From contig JBGTLG010000041.1 of NCBI GenBank assembly GCA_041744215.1, positions 96,001-160,000 on the forward strand: 64,000 bases of DNA, in the 5' to 3' direction. Origin of the DNA: Fimbriimonadales bacterium (GTDB taxonomy: Bacteria; Armatimonadota; Fimbriimonadia; Fimbriimonadales; ATM1). The notes beneath the pieces are model-generated. The model did no database searches. It was not told where the DNA came from and saw nothing but the letters and a program-made list of their open reading frames with translations. Made by a program: the position numbers and the translations under genes. Positions 33,381 to 43,167 of the stretch are shown piece by piece; within the stretch, counting starts at the first letter, position 1; every line of letters starts with the position of its first letter.

Positions 33381-34616
33381 GTGAGATTTTCATCCCTAAT
33401 CAGCTCTGCATCTCTCTGCGCCCCAGCGTTAGCCATCGTGGGGCTCGCGGTACTCCCGCAGAGCGATCCTCCAACCTTTTCCAAGGACGTCGCGCCGCTG
33501 GTCTACGCAAGGTGCGTCCCATGCCACCGCCCAGGGGGCTTTGCGCCTTTCTCACTAGTGAGCTATGAGGATGTGGCGAAACGATCGGAACTCATCCGCC
33601 GAGTGACGATCAACCGCCAAATGCCACCGACCGACGGCCTGTCAGATCACGCGACAGTCCCGCTCTTTGCGAAGCTGAACGACGCTGAGTTGAGGATGAT
33701 ACAAGAGTGGGTGCGAGCGGGCTCACCTGAAGGCTCACCAGCGGCGGTTCCACCGGTACCCACCTTTGATGACAAATGGTCACTGGGCGAACCGGACCTC
33801 GTCCTTGAGTTAGAGCGACCAACGCCAGTCAGGGCAGCAGGGAATCCATATTGGCGTGCGTACTTCGTCCAGCTTCCTCCTGATATGTCTCGCAAGGGAT
33901 TGATCGCGCTCGACGTGCGACCGCGTTCGCCAAAGGCCGTTCGGCATGTTCTTCTCGCCCAAGATCCCAACGCGAAATCGACTTTCGCCGGTTATGGATT
34001 CTCCACCTCTGGAACACTCAATGTCGCGGGCAAACATCTCGTAGGGGCATGGGCGCCTGGTTATCGGCCTCTGCGCCTCCCTGAGAAAACGGTTCTTCCA
34101 CTGCAGCCACTGCCTCTCCTCGTTCAAGTTCACTACGCGCCAACCGGGAAGGAGGAAGAAGGGCAAATAGAAATCGCCCTTTACTTTGGCAAAGGATCAG
34201 AGTGCCGAAACGCGAGTTGGCTGACGCTTGGTCGAGACGACTTCGTGATCGAACCGGACCAATCACTCGAGCTAAGCGACTCAATCGTCCTCGATCAGAG
34301 CATCCAAATCATCGCCGTCCACCCAGAAGCGCGCATGTTCGCCGACCAAGTGAACTTGTCTGAAGTCTTGCCAGAGAGTCGTCCGTCCACCGTTTTGCAG
34401 ATTTACGCTTGGAGGATTGACTGGATCGGGTCGTACGTCTTCGACAACCCTGTTCGCGTCAAGAAGGGTTCGCGCCTGACAGCAAAAGTCGCTTACGATA
34501 ATGGAAGGCATGCCCCCGCGAACGAGGGAAGAGAGCAACCAGGATTGGTCACGTCGGGTCCAACCCTGATGGACGAGATTTTCAAAGTTCACGTCCTCTT
34601 TGTCACCGACGACTGA
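33381..34616 (+). CDS. Exported cytochrome c fused to copper type II monooxygenase-like domains (Cu ligands degenerate)
   Basis: PTFSKDVAP..CVPCHRPG..APFSL, MPP, W.LGEPDLVL, QVHY, YDN. Confidence 0.65.
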   Translation: MRFSSLISSASLCAPALAIVGLAVLPQSDPPTFSKDVAPLVYARCVPCHRPGGFAPFSLVSYEDVAKRSELIRRVTINRQMPPTDGLSDHATVPLFAKLNDAELRMIQEWVRAGSPEGSPAAVPPVPTFDDKWSLGEPDLVLELERPTPVRAAGNPYWRAYFVQLPPDMSRKGLIALDVRPRSPKAVRHVLLAQDPNAKSTFAGYGFSTSGTLNVAGKHLVGAWAPGYRPLRLPEKTVLPLQPLPLLVQVHYAPTGKEEEGQIEIALYFGKGSECRNASWLTLGRDDFVIEPDQSLELSDSIVLDQSIQIIAVHPEARMFADQVNLSEVLPESRPSTVLQIYAWRIDWIGSYVFDNPVRVKKGSRLTAKVAYDNGRHAPANEGREQPGLVTSGPTLMDEIFKVHVLFVTDD

Positions 34617-34618
34617 CG

Positions 34619-36238
34619 TTACGGTCTGATCGTCCACCAAACGCGGTCGATGCTGACCGACCAAGAAAGCGCGATACCACCACCGCCCTCAAAGATGCCT
34701 ATTCGTGTGCGCGTAGTCTTCGACGTAGGATGCACAAACCGTGATAAGTCGCCAGTGACCTCCACCTCGATCGTCTGTTGTGGCATTCCAATTGCGCGTG
34801 AATCAACCAATTCCCATGTGTTCGATTGGTAGTTGTACGCCTCAGTCTTCATCAAAACATCGGTCGTCTGGATTCCAAGCTTGATGCCAAACTTAATCAT
34901 CTTGGGCGTCGCAGAATGAGACTTGCCATCAAAAGTCGCACGCAAACTTGGCAAGCCGAGCCCAAGCGGTGGAGCCCCACTGATTCGCATGTATTGGTTG
35001 TCAGCATTCTTGATCTCTTCCAAGCCGCCGGATACTAATCCTCCCGTCTGAATCGAGAATGCAAAAGGTGATGGCGTTCGCGTCACGGCTTCCGAGACGT
35101 CCAAAACGAACAGCCCCCGGTTTATGTCGCTCACGATCACGTTGCCGCTCGGAAAGTAAGGATACGTACTCCAAGCGCCCTGAAATCCACGATTATCGTT
35201 GGACGGATACGTGTCAAAAAATCCAACTTGCACAGGGCTAAGCGGATCGTCGTTCGTGTCGAAAATCCGCAACCCGCTCCTATAGTTCGCTTGGAATAGG
35301 AATCCATGATGCCAATACTGATTGTGATCATTCGCCAGAACACCCGACGTGAACCACGTCACATAGTGCGCGTCTTCTAAGCTTGATACGTCAATGATGC
35401 GTGTACGCGTCGTGAACTCGTACTCATTTTCGTCCAACTCATCATCGACATAAAGATACTTCTCGTCTTCGCTCATCCACAACTGGTGGCAATACTTGAC
35501 ATTCGGATACGGGATGCGCTTGATGAGGAATGGATTGTTCTTGTCAGTTACATCATGGATCTCAACGCCGCGGCCCTCGCTCGAACCGAACAGAACCTGT
35601 CTTCCAGCGTACGGGCCCGACACGTACGTGTAAGGCATGATGTCGTGCTGATAAAACTCGGTCAGCGAGTCCGGACCAACCTGCACCGGATTCGCTGGAT
35701 CAGATAGATCGAAGCACATCGTTGTACCGGTGCCGTTTCGGGATCCGCACGTGTACAAGAAACCGCTCCTGGTATCGATCGATACGTTATGGCTGCGGCT
35801 CGGAGAAGAGATCGTTCGAACCAGCGTCACTATGTGACTGTCGATCTGAGACATATCGACAACCTGGATGCCAGTGCCGCTCGCTTCCGATACGATGTAA
35901 GCATAGTGCTGGTAGACCTTAATGTCTCCCCAAGTGCTGCTCGGGTGCGGCACGTAGTCAATGATGATGGGGCTCTGCGGGTTGGTGATCTCTACAAACA
36001 CGACCCGGTCGTCGCAACCCATCAATGCGTACTCCCGCCCGCTCGGCGAGGTATAGCCCCAGCAGTCGTTCCCGGACTCAGCCCCCAATTGCGTTAGGGT
36101 AAGTCGGCTCAAGAGCTGGACCTTCTCACGGGGATACTGCGCGAGCGCGGGATGAAACACGAGCGCTACGAAAAGAAGCGCCATCAATCTGGCGTACCTG
36201 ACTACCATGCCATGCCTCTCCTGGGATCTCAAATCCAC
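34619..36238 (-). CDS. Choice-of-anchor B / LVIVD-repeat exported beta-propeller protein
   Basis: GNDCWGY..P.GREYA, W.DIK, SHN, YCHQ.W, DDELDE, DHN, GAWS.YPYFPSG; start uncertain. Confidence 0.85.
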   Translation of the reverse strand: MDLRSQERHGMVVRYARLMALLFVALVFHPALAQYPREKVQLLSRLTLTQLGAESGNDCWGYTSPSGREYALMGCDDRVVFVEITNPQSPIIIDYVPHPSSTWGDIKVYQHYAYIVSEASGTGIQVVDMSQIDSHIVTLVRTISSPSRSHNVSIDTRSGFLYTCGSRNGTGTTMCFDLSDPANPVQVGPDSLTEFYQHDIMPYTYVSGPYAGRQVLFGSSEGRGVEIHDVTDKNNPFLIKRIPYPNVKYCHQLWMSEDEKYLYVDDELDENEYEFTTRTRIIDVSSLEDAHYVTWFTSGVLANDHNQYWHHGFLFQANYRSGLRIFDTNDDPLSPVQVGFFDTYPSNDNRGFQGAWSTYPYFPSGNVIVSDINRGLFVLDVSEAVTRTPSPFAFSIQTGGLVSGGLEEIKNADNQYMRISGAPPLGLGLPSLRATFDGKSHSATPKMIKFGIKLGIQTTDVLMKTEAYNYQSNTWELVDSRAIGMPQQTIEVEVTGDLSRFVHPTSKTTRTRIGIFEGGGGIALSWSVSIDRVWWTIRP

Positions 36239-36335
36239 GTCCGCTTGTACGGACGGCTGTCAGTCCGCATCAGTTCAAACAGAATGCAAGGCGCTCGGGG
36301 AAACGCCTTGCATTCAGTCAACGAGGGTTGGGGAC

Positions 36336-36863
36336 CTACCGACGGCGGCGCCGAAGGAAAACAAGGCCTCCGATGCCGAGCGCGGCAAGTGTCGCGGGCT
36401 CAGGAACCACGCCGGTACACTCGATCTGCCCACGGATCTCTCCACCCGGGAACTGCTGAGTATGGACGTTGATATACGCATCGCCATCGATAATGTCCTG
36501 GATGTTGGCCTGCGCAAGGAGGGTCCCGCGGAAGATGAACGTAATCATGTTCCCATCAACAATTGGCGAACCTGGAACCTGGTTGCCCAGTAGGTCGAAC
36601 CAAACTGGACCGTTGACGCCGACCGGGCCGTAGTGGATGTGCGCACCAGTGATCACTGCAAGAGGAAGGTCAAAGATGTTCATCGACCCAGCGACTTCGC
36701 GGGTCACATCGTCGATCACGAAGGAAGCTGTGCCATACGCTGCAGACGCGTTCGGGGGAACCTCCTGGGACCCATTTATCACCGGTATCGCAAAGCCCCA
36801 AACAGTAGCGCTCGCGGAACCACCTATGCTCGCTAGGGCGAGTAATCCTATAAGCTTCTTCAT
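36336..36863 (-). CDS. CHRD-domain protein with PEP-CTERM sorting signal
   Basis: Signal MKKLIG; G.QEVPP, AHIH, YINVHT..FPGGEIRGQ; VPEPATLAALGIGGLVFLRRRRR. Confidence 0.92.
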   Translation of the reverse strand: MKKLIGLLALASIGGSASATVWGFAIPVINGSQEVPPNASAAYGTASFVIDDVTREVAGSMNIFDLPLAVITGAHIHYGPVGVNGPVWFDLLGNQVPGSPIVDGNMITFIFRGTLLAQANIQDIIDGDAYINVHTQQFPGGEIRGQIECTGVVPEPATLAALGIGGLVFLRRRRR

Positions 36864-37021
36864 CTCCGTTTCATCAACTCCTCCGAGGATTGTGAGCTGG
36901 CAACCCAGCCCACCTATCAGAATAACGGAACAGGACGCAAGTAGGTTCCGGCAAAAATACGGGTTTTTGTGACAAGTGTCGAATTCATCACAGTCTGTTA
37001 AACTTGTGCAGGAGGAGACAC

Positions 37022-38278
37022 TTGTCAAGATCCGGCCCCGAGCGGAAGATTCTGCCCAGAGACCTAATCGCATTCAAACCGCCGAAGCCTCGCGGGTGGG
37101 TGATGGCGATCGGCGACGCGATCCTCCCCTATGTTTTGAGGAAGCTCAATGGCGTCGCCCAGGTCAGGTGGGGCTCGTCAATCGAGTCTTTGAGCCGCCT
37201 GCAGGGTCAACGCGTTCTCCTCACTCCGAACCACCCGACTCACGCGGAGCCCGCGATCCTTTACTACCTGTCCCGTAAGGCGAAGCGGCGCTTCTATTTT
37301 GTCTCCAACCGAGAATCGTTCGACCGGGCGTCGGGATTGTTCGGCTGGTTGCTTCAGTCCTGCTGCGCATACTCCATCCTCCGTGGCGCGCCCGATCGCG
37401 AGTCGTTTCGCATGACGCGGCAGATACTGAGCGAGGGTCCAAACGCACTGGTCATCTTCCCTGAAGGGGAAGTCTATAGCCAGAACGACACCCTGCTGCC
37501 CTTCCAATCGGGTGTTGTCAGCCTAGCGTTCTTCGCGCTCGAAGATATGCACAGGTCCCATGTCAGCGAGCCTCTCCTCATCCAACCTGTCGCGATCAGA
37601 TACCACTTCCTCGAAGACATGGCTCGCGCTATCAGTGGGTCTCTCCGACGGCTCGAGTCTGCCCTGGGCCTTCGAGGCACACCCCCATCAGACCCCTACG
37701 CCAGATTGCGCCGCGCGGGAGACGCGTTGATCGCTTCCGCGGAGGAGATGTACGGCTTGTCCCGTGGTGCCGCGGATGACTTGGACCCGCGAATCGAAGC
37801 AATAAAAAACGCGATGGTGAAACGTGTTGCACTCGCTGTCGGGCTGAGCGAAACGGCCCTCGGAAACACGATGCCCGAGAAAATGCGGACCCTGATTAAT
37901 GCCGTTTACACCGTAGCGAGAGATGCGGTTGTACCGGAGTCGATATACGATGTGCGGCTTCGATTGCAGGAACAGGAGCGGATCAGGCCACTGCAAAGCG
38001 ACTTGGCGAGGCTCGGCAACTGGATCGCAGTCCGCGATCAGTATGTCGGCGAGAACCCGACCCAAGAACGATTCGTAGAGACTCTGCGCCGGATGGAAAT
38101 CGAAGTGTTCGGCAACTCGTCGATTCGCGGGCGAAAAGCGTGCACCGTCCAGCTGGCGGATCCCTTCGATCTGCGAGAGTATCTCGGCGACTATGAGAAA
38201 GATAAAAAGGCCACCGCGCAGAAGGTTACGATGCGCATCGAAGAAAGCGTCACAAACCTGCTCTCCGCCAGCGTCTGA
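37022..38278 (+). CDS. Phospholipid/glycerol acyltransferase (PlsC superfamily)
   Basis: PNHPTHAEP, YSILRG..DR, FPEGE; GGAGG SD before TTG at 37022. Confidence 0.85.
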   Translation: MSRSGPERKILPRDLIAFKPPKPRGWVMAIGDAILPYVLRKLNGVAQVRWGSSIESLSRLQGQRVLLTPNHPTHAEPAILYYLSRKAKRRFYFVSNRESFDRASGLFGWLLQSCCAYSILRGAPDRESFRMTRQILSEGPNALVIFPEGEVYSQNDTLLPFQSGVVSLAFFALEDMHRSHVSEPLLIQPVAIRYHFLEDMARAISGSLRRLESALGLRGTPPSDPYARLRRAGDALIASAEEMYGLSRGAADDLDPRIEAIKNAMVKRVALAVGLSETALGNTMPEKMRTLINAVYTVARDAVVPESIYDVRLRLQEQERIRPLQSDLARLGNWIAVRDQYVGENPTQERFVETLRRMEIEVFGNSSIRGRKACTVQLADPFDLREYLGDYEKDKKATAQKVTMRIEESVTNLLSASV

Positions 38279-38315
38279 GCCAGCAAGGTAACGTCCCATA
38301 AAAGGGAACACTTCA

Positions 38316-39158
38316 ATGCCTGAACGAAAGTTCGAAGACTCGATACAAACTGACTTTCGCGAGCGACTGGACTACGCGAAGTACCTTCGTCTTGACTCGA
38401 TTCTCGGCGCGCAAAAACCGCTCGCCGTGCCGGAGCACCACGACGAGATGTTGTTCATCATCCAGCACCAGACCTCGGAGCTTTGGATGAAGCTGGCAAT
38501 CCACGAACTCCTCGCCGCGGTGGAGCACGTCAAGCGGGATGAACTGGAACCCTGCTTCAAGATCCTCGCAAGAGTCAAACAGATCCAGCGGATGCTGTTC
38601 GAGCAGTGGGCTGTCCTCGAAACGCTGACGCCGAGCGAGTACGCGCAATTCAGAGGCGTCTTTGGTCAAGCGAGTGGGTTGCAGTCTTTCCAGAACCGGA
38701 TGATCGAGTTTCTCTTCGGGAACAAGAACGCGCAATCGCTAACAGTTTTTGAGCACGATATGCAGGTACATGAGCGATTGGTAGAACTCCTCAATCAGCC
38801 GAGCCTTTACGACGAGTTCCTCAGGCACCTCTTCCGACGGGGATTTGCAATACCGGAGTCTGCAGCAGATCGCGACTGGTCGCAGCCATACGAGGGTGAC
38901 CCGAGAGTCGTAGCGGTGTTCAAGAAGATTTACGAGGATCCAAAACAGTACTGGGATGCCTACGAGATGTGCGAAAAGCTCGTTGACGTCGAAGAGCAAT
39001 TCGCGCTCTGGCGATACCGACACGTGAAAACAGTCGAGCGAGTCATCGGTTTCAAAGCGGGAACTGGAGGAAGCTCAGGCGTTCCCTTCCTAAGAAAAGC
39101 GCTCGAGATTCGCCTCTTCCCCGAGCTTTGGGACGTTCGCACGGTGATCGGCAGTTGA
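38316..39158 (+). CDS. kynA: Tryptophan 2,3-dioxygenase
   Basis: [41 protein letters not shown]. Confidence 0.96.
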   Translation: MPERKFEDSIQTDFRERLDYAKYLRLDSILGAQKPLAVPEHHDEMLFIIQHQTSELWMKLAIHELLAAVEHVKRDELEPCFKILARVKQIQRMLFEQWAVLETLTPSEYAQFRGVFGQASGLQSFQNRMIEFLFGNKNAQSLTVFEHDMQVHERLVELLNQPSLYDEFLRHLFRRGFAIPESAADRDWSQPYEGDPRVVAVFKKIYEDPKQYWDAYEMCEKLVDVEEQFALWRYRHVKTVERVIGFKAGTGGSSGVPFLRKALEIRLFPELWDVRTVIGS

Positions 39159-40369
39159 GCTTATCGATTGAAGGCCAGATTGCAAAGCTCGGGAAGGGAC
39201 CACTTACTGAAGAGGGCATTAGCGAGCACATTCGACCGCTGTTCTCGCGAGTGCTGTCTCGTAACGAAATCTATCTCGCAAATCACTCCCTAGGAAGACC
39301 GCTCGATCAAACCGCGCTCGATATCGGAGAAGCGCTCGACCTTTGGTATGCAACCATGGACGGCGCGTGGGAGACAGGTGGCTGGCTCGATGAGATGCGC
39401 GCATTTCGTGAACGCACGGCGACGTTGATCCGATTATCAGATCCAGCATGTATCATTCCCAAAACGTCTGCCGGACAAGGTCTGCGGGCTGTCTTAAACT
39501 CATTTCCAACTGACAAATCGATTCGCGTCATCGCAACGAGAGGTGAGTTTGACAGCATAGACTTCATTCTCAAAACTTACGACATGAAAGGGCGTGTGTG
39601 CGTTGTTTGGATTGAGCCACGGCAAACCGAGCCCATACCGCTGTTTGACTCTGAATCGATCGTAAACCGCATTGACTCGCATACGGATCTCGTCGTTGTA
39701 TCACAAGTCGCCTTTGCAACGGGACAGATAATGCCGGGACTCGACGCGGTTCTGATAGCTGCACAGGAATCCGGCGCACTAAGCCTGGTCGACGCATATC
39801 ACTCGGTAGGCGTGATTCCCGTCCAGATGAACTCCGACTTCGTGATAGGCGGATCGTACAAGTACGCACGTGGAGGGCCCGGAGCCTGCTGGCTGGCGAT
39901 CAATCCCAAGCGCATAGCCGAGCAACTGCGCACTCTGGACACAGGTTGGTTCGCAAAGAAAGACCCGCTTGCCTTCGCGCGCACCAGCGAGCCATTGTTC
40001 GCGAACTCCGGCGATTCGTGGCTCGAATCCACGCCCTCGATCCTTCCATTCTATCAAGCGCGCGCCGGATTGCAGTTTTTGCTCGCGGTTGGAATCGATC
40101 GCTTGCGCGAATACTCCTTGCTGCAGCTCGACATGCTAAGGACTGCATTCCGCGAATCCGGGGTTGACTGCTACGAGCCTGCCGACCCAAGGACATTTGG
40201 CGCTTTCGCCCTAGTCCCGCATCCGAACGCAACAGAACTGTCGCGCAAGCTGAAGTTAGCAGGTGTCAACACCGATGCACGCGGAGGCTGTGTGCGCTTT
40301 GGCCCGGACATTCTAAACACACGAGAAGAGTTAATCGCGGCCGCAAACATCACAGCACATCTCGTCTAA
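39155..40369 (+). CDS. kynU: Kynureninase-like PLP enzyme (class V aminotransferase fold)
   Basis: [31 protein letters not shown]...RFGP; coupled to kynA. Confidence 0.75.
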   Translation: MSLSIEGQIAKLGKGPLTEEGISEHIRPLFSRVLSRNEIYLANHSLGRPLDQTALDIGEALDLWYATMDGAWETGGWLDEMRAFRERTATLIRLSDPACIIPKTSAGQGLRAVLNSFPTDKSIRVIATRGEFDSIDFILKTYDMKGRVCVVWIEPRQTEPIPLFDSESIVNRIDSHTDLVVVSQVAFATGQIMPGLDAVLIAAQESGALSLVDAYHSVGVIPVQMNSDFVIGGSYKYARGGPGACWLAINPKRIAEQLRTLDTGWFAKKDPLAFARTSEPLFANSGDSWLESTPSILPFYQARAGLQFLLAVGIDRLREYSLLQLDMLRTAFRESGVDCYEPADPRTFGAFALVPHPNATELSRKLKLAGVNTDARGGCVRFGPDILNTREELIAAANITAHLV

Positions 40370-40662
40370 CCACCTGCGATGGCGCCTAAAATGACGAACG
40401 GTGCGGATCCAGTTGCAACCGCCTCGGGAACGTGCGCATCCGGCGCATCATCAGACAAGTCCGCACCGCACGCAAAGAACCGCACGAACGCCCGGCGCTT
40501 CTTCGTGACATGGTCGCGAACAGTTCCGCTAAGCATTGGAAAAGCCCGCTCGAGAGCGTCGAGAATTGCTCCTTGGGTAACCGGATCGGCGACTTCCAGC
40601 ACCACCTCTCGTCCGACTCCTGCGAGATTGCGAAGATGATACGGCAAATGCACGCGAATCAC
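40366..40662 (-). CDS. MoaD/ThiS-family ubiquitin-like protein
   Basis: V.LP..LR, LE..FP.L, C-terminal AIAGG. Confidence 0.88.
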   Translation of the reverse strand: MIRVHLPYHLRNLAGVGREVVLEVADPVTQGAILDALERAFPMLSGTVRDHVTKKRRAFVRFFACGADLSDDAPDAHVPEAVATGSAPFVILGAIAGG

Positions 40663-41825
40663 GGCAACGTCTGCACCTCAACGGAAAGAACGGATGGGAA
40701 ATGCTCTCCGATCGCGTGCCAATGATCGCCAGAATCTGACGAAACGAATACCTGGCCGCCCGTTGTACCGAAATAGATCCCGCAAGGATCCATCTGGTCG
40801 ACAGCCATTGCCTCGCGCAGGACGTTCACGTAGCAATCCTTCTGAGGCAAGCCGTCAGTTAATGCTTGCCATTCGTCCCCGCCGGTGCGACTGCGATAAA
40901 CGCGAAGCTTGCCCTCCGGAGGATAGTGCTCCGAATCGCTCTTGATCGGAACCACATAAACGGTGTCTGGCTCGTGAGCATGAACGTCGATTGGAAAGCC
41001 GAAATCACTCGGCAGGTTCCCGCTCACTTCGCGCCAATTGTCGCCGCCGTCGTCGCTGCGCATCACGTCCCAGTGCTTCTGCATAAACAAAACATCGGGG
41101 CGCGAAGGATGGAGGGCGATCCTGTGAACACAATGTCCGACTTCCGCGTCAGGCTCCGGGATGTAATCCGATTTCAATCCTCTATTGATCGGCTTCCAAG
41201 AATTGCCGCCGTCCTCGGAGCGAAAACAACCGCACGCGGAAATCGCGACGAAGAGCCGATCGTGATCCGTTGGGTCGATGAGGATCGTGTGCAGACACAT
41301 GCCCCCTGCGCCCGGCTGCCAGTCCGCGGCGGTTCCGTGAGTCCGAAGCCCCGGCAACTCATGCCATGTCTTGCCGGCATCTGTGGACCTAAAAATCGCA
41401 GCATCCTCGACTCCCGCGAAGACCACGTCTGGATCGGTGAGCGACGGCTCCAAGTGCCATACACGCTTGAACTCCCAAGGTTTGGTCGAGCCGTCGAAGT
41501 GCTTGTGGGTCCCAGGCTCGCCTTCGTAAACGAACTTGTTGCTTTCGCCCCCCGGGAAACCAAAATCGTTGATTCGCTCCTCCTCAGTGCTGCCTGGTGT
41601 AATCCAAGTCTTCCCTCCGTCATCCGACCGCTGCATCACTTGACCAAACCAGCCGTTCGACTGAGAGGCGTAAAGCCTATCCGGATCGACGGTCGAACCC
41701 TTGACGTGGTAGATCTCCCACCCACCAAAAAAAGGTCCCTGGATGTCCCAGTTGTCCCTCTTGCCATCTGCCGTGCAAACAAAGGCACCTTTCTTGGTGC
41801 CGACCAAAACTCGAACTTTGCTCAC
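40659..41825 (-). CDS. Cytoplasmic BNR/Asp-box beta-propeller protein
   Basis: Six Asp-box-like repeats (e.g. [36 protein letters not shown]); VLVGTKKG start; no signal peptide. Confidence 0.88.
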   Translation of the reverse strand: MSKVRVLVGTKKGAFVCTADGKRDNWDIQGPFFGGWEIYHVKGSTVDPDRLYASQSNGWFGQVMQRSDDGGKTWITPGSTEEERINDFGFPGGESNKFVYEGEPGTHKHFDGSTKPWEFKRVWHLEPSLTDPDVVFAGVEDAAIFRSTDAGKTWHELPGLRTHGTAADWQPGAGGMCLHTILIDPTDHDRLFVAISACGCFRSEDGGNSWKPINRGLKSDYIPEPDAEVGHCVHRIALHPSRPDVLFMQKHWDVMRSDDGGDNWREVSGNLPSDFGFPIDVHAHEPDTVYVVPIKSDSEHYPPEGKLRVYRSRTGGDEWQALTDGLPQKDCYVNVLREAMAVDQMDPCGIYFGTTGGQVFVSSDSGDHWHAIGEHFPSVLSVEVQTLP

Positions 41826-41935
41826 TACTTACTCCCTTTCGGTTTCCAATTATCTACTTTATCGCACCCAAAATTCTTGCATGAACTCTTACCCATGCAC
41901 CGTCTGCCGCGTTCAGCCGCATCACGACGCCAGGA

Positions 41936-43036
41936 CTACATCCCAGGCATCTTCTTGCCGCCGAGCATCAACATGAGCGACGTCTTGGTCTGGATTCGCG
42001 GAAGCGGCTGCGCCTGATCGAGCGCGGCGCCAGGTCCATAACCGGTCATCTGCATCATGGCAAAATCGACGTTCGCAAAGATCCCAGCCGGAATCGTAGC
42101 GTTCGTGCGATTGCCTGCCATGAAAACGTCTCGGGAGACAAAGTCACGCACCTCAGCCATCTGCAGAAAGCCCATGTCCCCCATCACCATGTCCGCATAA
42201 ACCTCCGACGAAACCCAGATGATGAGTGTGTTCTTTCCTTCCATTCCGATGGCCGCGCTGTGTAGCCCAAGCGCGTGAGGAATCTCCTTCCACTTGAAGG
42301 CGATCGACTTCTTTAGGTCGATCTTGTTCTCCAGATTCGGCGCAGTAATCTCGATCGGAGCAAGGAAATCGACGTTCGAGGGAGCTTCGATCTCGACGTT
42401 GCCTGTGTAGCTCGTGTTCAGACTGTACTTGCCGACAAGCGACGCACTCTTGTCGATCGCTCCAGGCTGCTTCTTGGTCGGCCAATAGCCCGTCGTCCAG
42501 CCCGATTTGTAGAAGTACGAACTCGACGCAGCGCTCGCTTCGCGCATCTGGTTCCTCATAGCCTCCCGATACTCGGGATCGAGGCCAGACCAAGTTATCA
42601 CCTTAGGCTGGCCGGACTTGACCGTATCCGATGAACCCCAATAAATCTTGATCGTGAACGCCTCTGGATTGGCATCTGGGTCGAAGTCGCGAATCTTCTC
42701 GGGCTTCGCGTCGGCCTCCGGCCTATAAAGTTCGAGGTCCAGCCGCTGCCCCTGCTTGAGGCCTGCGGGCGGTACGACCCACGCAGTCGCGCCAGCCGGC
42801 GCGATAGTCGGCGACCAGAGACGAATGTTGAGGGTGCGGGCGGCCTGCCCTGCAAACATCATGGCCTCTGGAGGAAGTGTGAATCCCGGCGGCAACTCGC
42901 CCATGTCGAAGACCGGCATCCCTGCCATTCTTCCGACCTTCGTTTCAGCAAAGATCGCAAAGTAGGACTGCTCCTGGGATGACTGAGGAAGAAGAAAAGC
43001 CGCGCCAGCGACCAGCAATGCCGAGTGTTTTAACAT
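41936..43036 (-). CDS. Exported hypothetical protein
   Basis: 366-aa ORF, Sec-type signal, coding-like composition; no recognised family. Confidence 0.75.
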   Translation of the reverse strand: MLKHSALLVAGAAFLLPQSSQEQSYFAIFAETKVGRMAGMPVFDMGELPPGFTLPPEAMMFAGQAARTLNIRLWSPTIAPAGATAWVVPPAGLKQGQRLDLELYRPEADAKPEKIRDFDPDANPEAFTIKIYWGSSDTVKSGQPKVITWSGLDPEYREAMRNQMREASAASSSYFYKSGWTTGYWPTKKQPGAIDKSASLVGKYSLNTSYTGNVEIEAPSNVDFLAPIEITAPNLENKIDLKKSIAFKWKEIPHALGLHSAAIGMEGKNTLIIWVSSEVYADMVMGDMGFLQMAEVRDFVSRDVFMAGNRTNATIPAGIFANVDFAMMQMTGYGPGAALDQAQPLPRIQTKTSLMLMLGGKKMPGM

Positions 43037-43167
43037 TTTTTAGCTTCAACTTTGCGAGCAAGAATGCTCACAAAGCAATTATGGACGCCGGCTGCAAAGT
43101 TTCGCTCAAGGCAGACAAAAACCCATCGAGACCAGGCTCGTTCGGCCCTTCCCCGAAAAACTCAAAT

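Noticed and set aside
39155..40662. PLP enzyme as cysteine desulfurase feeding the Ubl
   Set aside because: Convergent orientation, kynureninase motifs, coupling to kynA, and no SufS/NifS catalytic Cys loop
40866..42017. 383-aa + strand ORF
   Set aside because: Antisense shadow of the propeller gene, expected from codon bias
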